Part shown: positions 61,200 to 64,000 of the stretch, in pieces | How positions within the stretch are numbered: the first letter of the stretch is position 1 | Layout: each line of letters begins with the position of its first letter | Origin: Cetorhinus maximus | Taxonomy: Eukaryota | DNA length: 64,000 bases | Reading direction: 5' to 3' | Assembly (NCBI RefSeq): GCF_964194155.1 | Contig: NC_135893.1 | Coordinates: 14,756,001-14,820,000, forward strand | The notes under the pieces: generated by a model | What the model was told of the DNA's origin: nothing | The model's input: only the letters and a program-made list of their open reading frames with translations | Database searches by the model: none | Translations under genes and position numbers: made by a program

Positions 61200-63895
61200 T
61201 TGTAGATGATGGACAGGCTTTGGGGAGTTGGGAGGTGAGTTACTTTCCACAGAATTCCCAGCCTCTAACCTGTTCTTGTAGCCACGGCATTTATATGGCT
61301 GGTCCAGTTATGATTATGGTCAGTGGTATTCCCCAGGGTGTTGATGTTGTGGGGTTCAGCAATGGTAATGCCATTGACTGTCAAGGGGAGATGGTTAGAT
61401 TCTCTCTGGTTGGAGATGGTCATTGCCTGTACTTGTGTGACACAAATGTTCCTTGCTACTTATCATCTCAAGCCTGAATGTTGTCCAGGTCTTGCTGCAT
61501 ATGGACATAGGCTACTTCAAAATCTGAGGATTTGCAAATGGCACTGAACATTGTGCTGACACAAGTAAACATCCTCACTTCTGACCTTATGATGGAGGGA
61601 AGGTCACTAATGAAGCAGCTGAAGATGGTTGGGCCTTGGACACCACCCCGAGGATCTTTCAGCAATGTCCTGGGACTAAGATGATTGGCCTCCCACAACC
61701 ATCTTCCTTTGTACTAGGTATGACTCCAACCAGTGGAGAGTTTTCCCCCTGATTCTCATTGACTTTAATTTTGCCAGGCTTCCTTTGATGCCACATTTGG
61801 TCTAATGCTGTCTTTATGTCAAGGGCAGTCACTCTCACCTCACTTCTGGAGTTCAGCTCTTTTGTCCATGTTTGGGCCAAAGCTGCAATGAGGTCAGGAG
61901 CCGAGTTGCCCTGGCAGATTCCAAACTGAGCATCAGTGAGCAGGCTGATAGCATTGTCAACGACACCTTCCTTCACTTTGTTGATAATTGTGGTGAGTCT
62001 GATGGGGCAGTAATTGGCCAGATTGGGTTTGTTTTGCTTTTTGTGGACAGGACATAACTGGATAGTTTTCCATATTATCAGGTATATGCCAGTGTTATAG
62101 CTGTACTGGTTCAGCTTGGTTCAGCACATGGCTAGTTCTGAAACACAAGTCTTCATTACTATTGCTAGGGTGTTGTCAAGGCCCATTACTTTAGCAGAAT
62201 CCAGTGCCTTCAGTCATTTCATTATATCACGTGGAGTGAATCGCATTGGCTGGAGATTGGCATCTGTGATATTGGGGATCTCAGGAGGAGGCTGAGGTGA
62301 ATCATCCACTCGGCACCTGGCTGAAGATAGTTGCAAATGCTTCAGCCTTGTCTTTTGCATTGACGTGCTCGGCTCCCCCATCATTGAGGTGATATTTGTG
62401 GAGCTTCCTCCTCCTCTTAGTTGTTTAATTGTCCACCACCATTCATGACGGATGTGGCAGGACTGCAGAGCTTTGAAATAATCTGTTGGTTGTGGAATTG
62501 CTTAACTCTGCCTATCACGTGCTGCTTCTGCTGTTTGGCATACAAGTAGTCCTGTGTTGTAGCTTCATCAAATTGACACCTCATTTTTAGGTATGCCTAC
62601 CTATACTGTTCATTGAACCAATGTTGATCCCTTGGCTTGATAGTAATGGTGTCAAGAGGGATATGCCGGGTCGTGAGGTTACAGATTGTGGTTGAATACA
62701 ATTCTGCTGCTGCTGATGGCCCACAGGCCCTCATGGATGCCCAATTTTGAGTTGCTAGATCTGTTCTGAATCTATCCTATTTAACATGGTGTTGCCACAC
62801 AATATGATTGAGGGTGTGCTCAGAATGAAGACGAGACTTTGTCTTCACAAGGACTGTGCAGAGATCACTGCCACCTCTACCGTTATGGGCAGATGCATCT
62901 GCTACAGGTAGATTGGTGAGGACAAGACCTAGTAGGTTTTCCCCTTCTTGTTGGTTTCCCACACCACCTGTCACAGGCCCAGTCTGGCAGAAATATCCTT
63001 CAGGATTTGGCCAACTCAGTCAGTAGTGGTGCTGCTCTTGGTGATGGACATTGAAGCCCCCACCTGGAGTACATTTTGTGCCCTTTCCACCCTTGGTGCT
63101 TCTCCCAAGTGGTGTTCAACATGGAAGAGTACTGATTCATCAGCTGAGGGAATGCAGTAGATGGTAATCAGCAGGAAGTTTCCTCGCCCATGTTTAACTA
63201 TGACACTTCATGGGCTCTGGAGTCAATGTTGAGGACTTCCAGAGCAAGTCCCTCATGACTGTATACCGCCACCTCTGCTGGGGGTCTCCTGACATTGGGA
63301 CAGTACATATCCAGGGATAGTGATGGCAGAGCCTGGGACATTGCTTGGAAGGTATGATTCTGTGAGTATACTTAATGTCAGACTGTTGCTTGACTAGTCT
63401 GTGGGACAGCTCTCCCAATTTTGGCACAAGCCCCCAGATGTTTAGTAAGGAGGACTTTACAGGCTCAACAGGGCAGGGTATGCCATTATGGTTTCTGATG
63501 CCAATTCAATGCCATCCGGTTTTATTCCTTTTTGACTTTCCTGTAGTGCTTTTGTGCAACTGAGTGGCTTGCTTTGGTCATCTCAGATGGCAGTTAAGAA
63601 TCAACCACATTGCTGTGGGTCTGGAGTCACATATAAGCCAGAACAGGAAAGGATGGCTGATTTCCTTCCAGAAAGGCAATAGTGAACCAGATGAATTTTC
63701 ACGACAATCAATGATAGTTCCTTAGTACTATTACTGAGAGAGCTTTCAATTCCATATTTTTATTAATCAATTGAATTTATTAATTAATCAAATTAAAATC
63801 CCACAAGCTGCTTTGAGCTTTGAACCCGATTTCCCAGGTCATTAGCCTTGACCTCTGGATTGCTATTCCAGTAACATTGCCGCCACTGCACCCTC
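61200..63895 (-). mobile_element. Second LINE family, 5' portion: tRNA-like head, UTR, then endonuclease and RT; internally deleted
   Basis: PKLGELSHRLVKQQSDI, NLLGLVLTN..GGSDL, LLTDAQFG..ALDIKTALDQMWHQ and QGPTIFSCFISDLP. The 5' end reads ggtgcagtggcggcaatg...gggttcaaagc. Confidence 0.8.
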
Positions 63896-64000
63896 TTCCC
63901 TGTCTTAAATCGGAGACTTCTTATTCTGAAACTGTGCCTTCTGGTTTTAGATTGCCCCATGAGGGGAAACATCCTCTCAGCACCAGCTGACCTTTGACCA

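Overview
Eukaryotic, repeat-dense vertebrate intronic DNA, most likely from a cartilaginous fish (inferred from the repeat families; not provable here). I can identify only one host coding exon: an 86-nt + strand exon at 20684-20769 encoding the pseudosubstrate and start of the C1 region of atypical protein kinase C zeta (PRKCZ; (K)[28 protein letters not shown]). Its neighbouring exons were not found, so the window is probably two very large introns. Those introns are filled with nested mobile DNA: many CR1 LINEs (one near full length, with a zinc-finger/esterase ORF1), a second poly(A)-tailed LINE family with a tRNA-like 5' head, L2-like remnants, two Gypsy LTR retrotransposon remnants and solo LTRs, a Helitron helicase remnant, hAT-, Tigger- and Harbinger-like MITEs, an LF-SINE-like element, and two families of Penelope-like elements whose terminal repeats carry minimal hammerhead-ribozyme folds. 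The most notable observations are: (i) the hammerhead-bearing Penelope remnants, one with an intact core on the PRKCZ sense strand; (ii) a young 142-bp SINE with a tRNA head and a twin GAAA-tetraloop tail, present as two nearly identical inverted copies bracketing the autoinhibitory exon; and (iii) a promoter-like, alternative-acceptor region just upstream of that exon, reminiscent of PKM-zeta-type transcription. Most ORFs in the track are antisense shadows or fragments of these elements.
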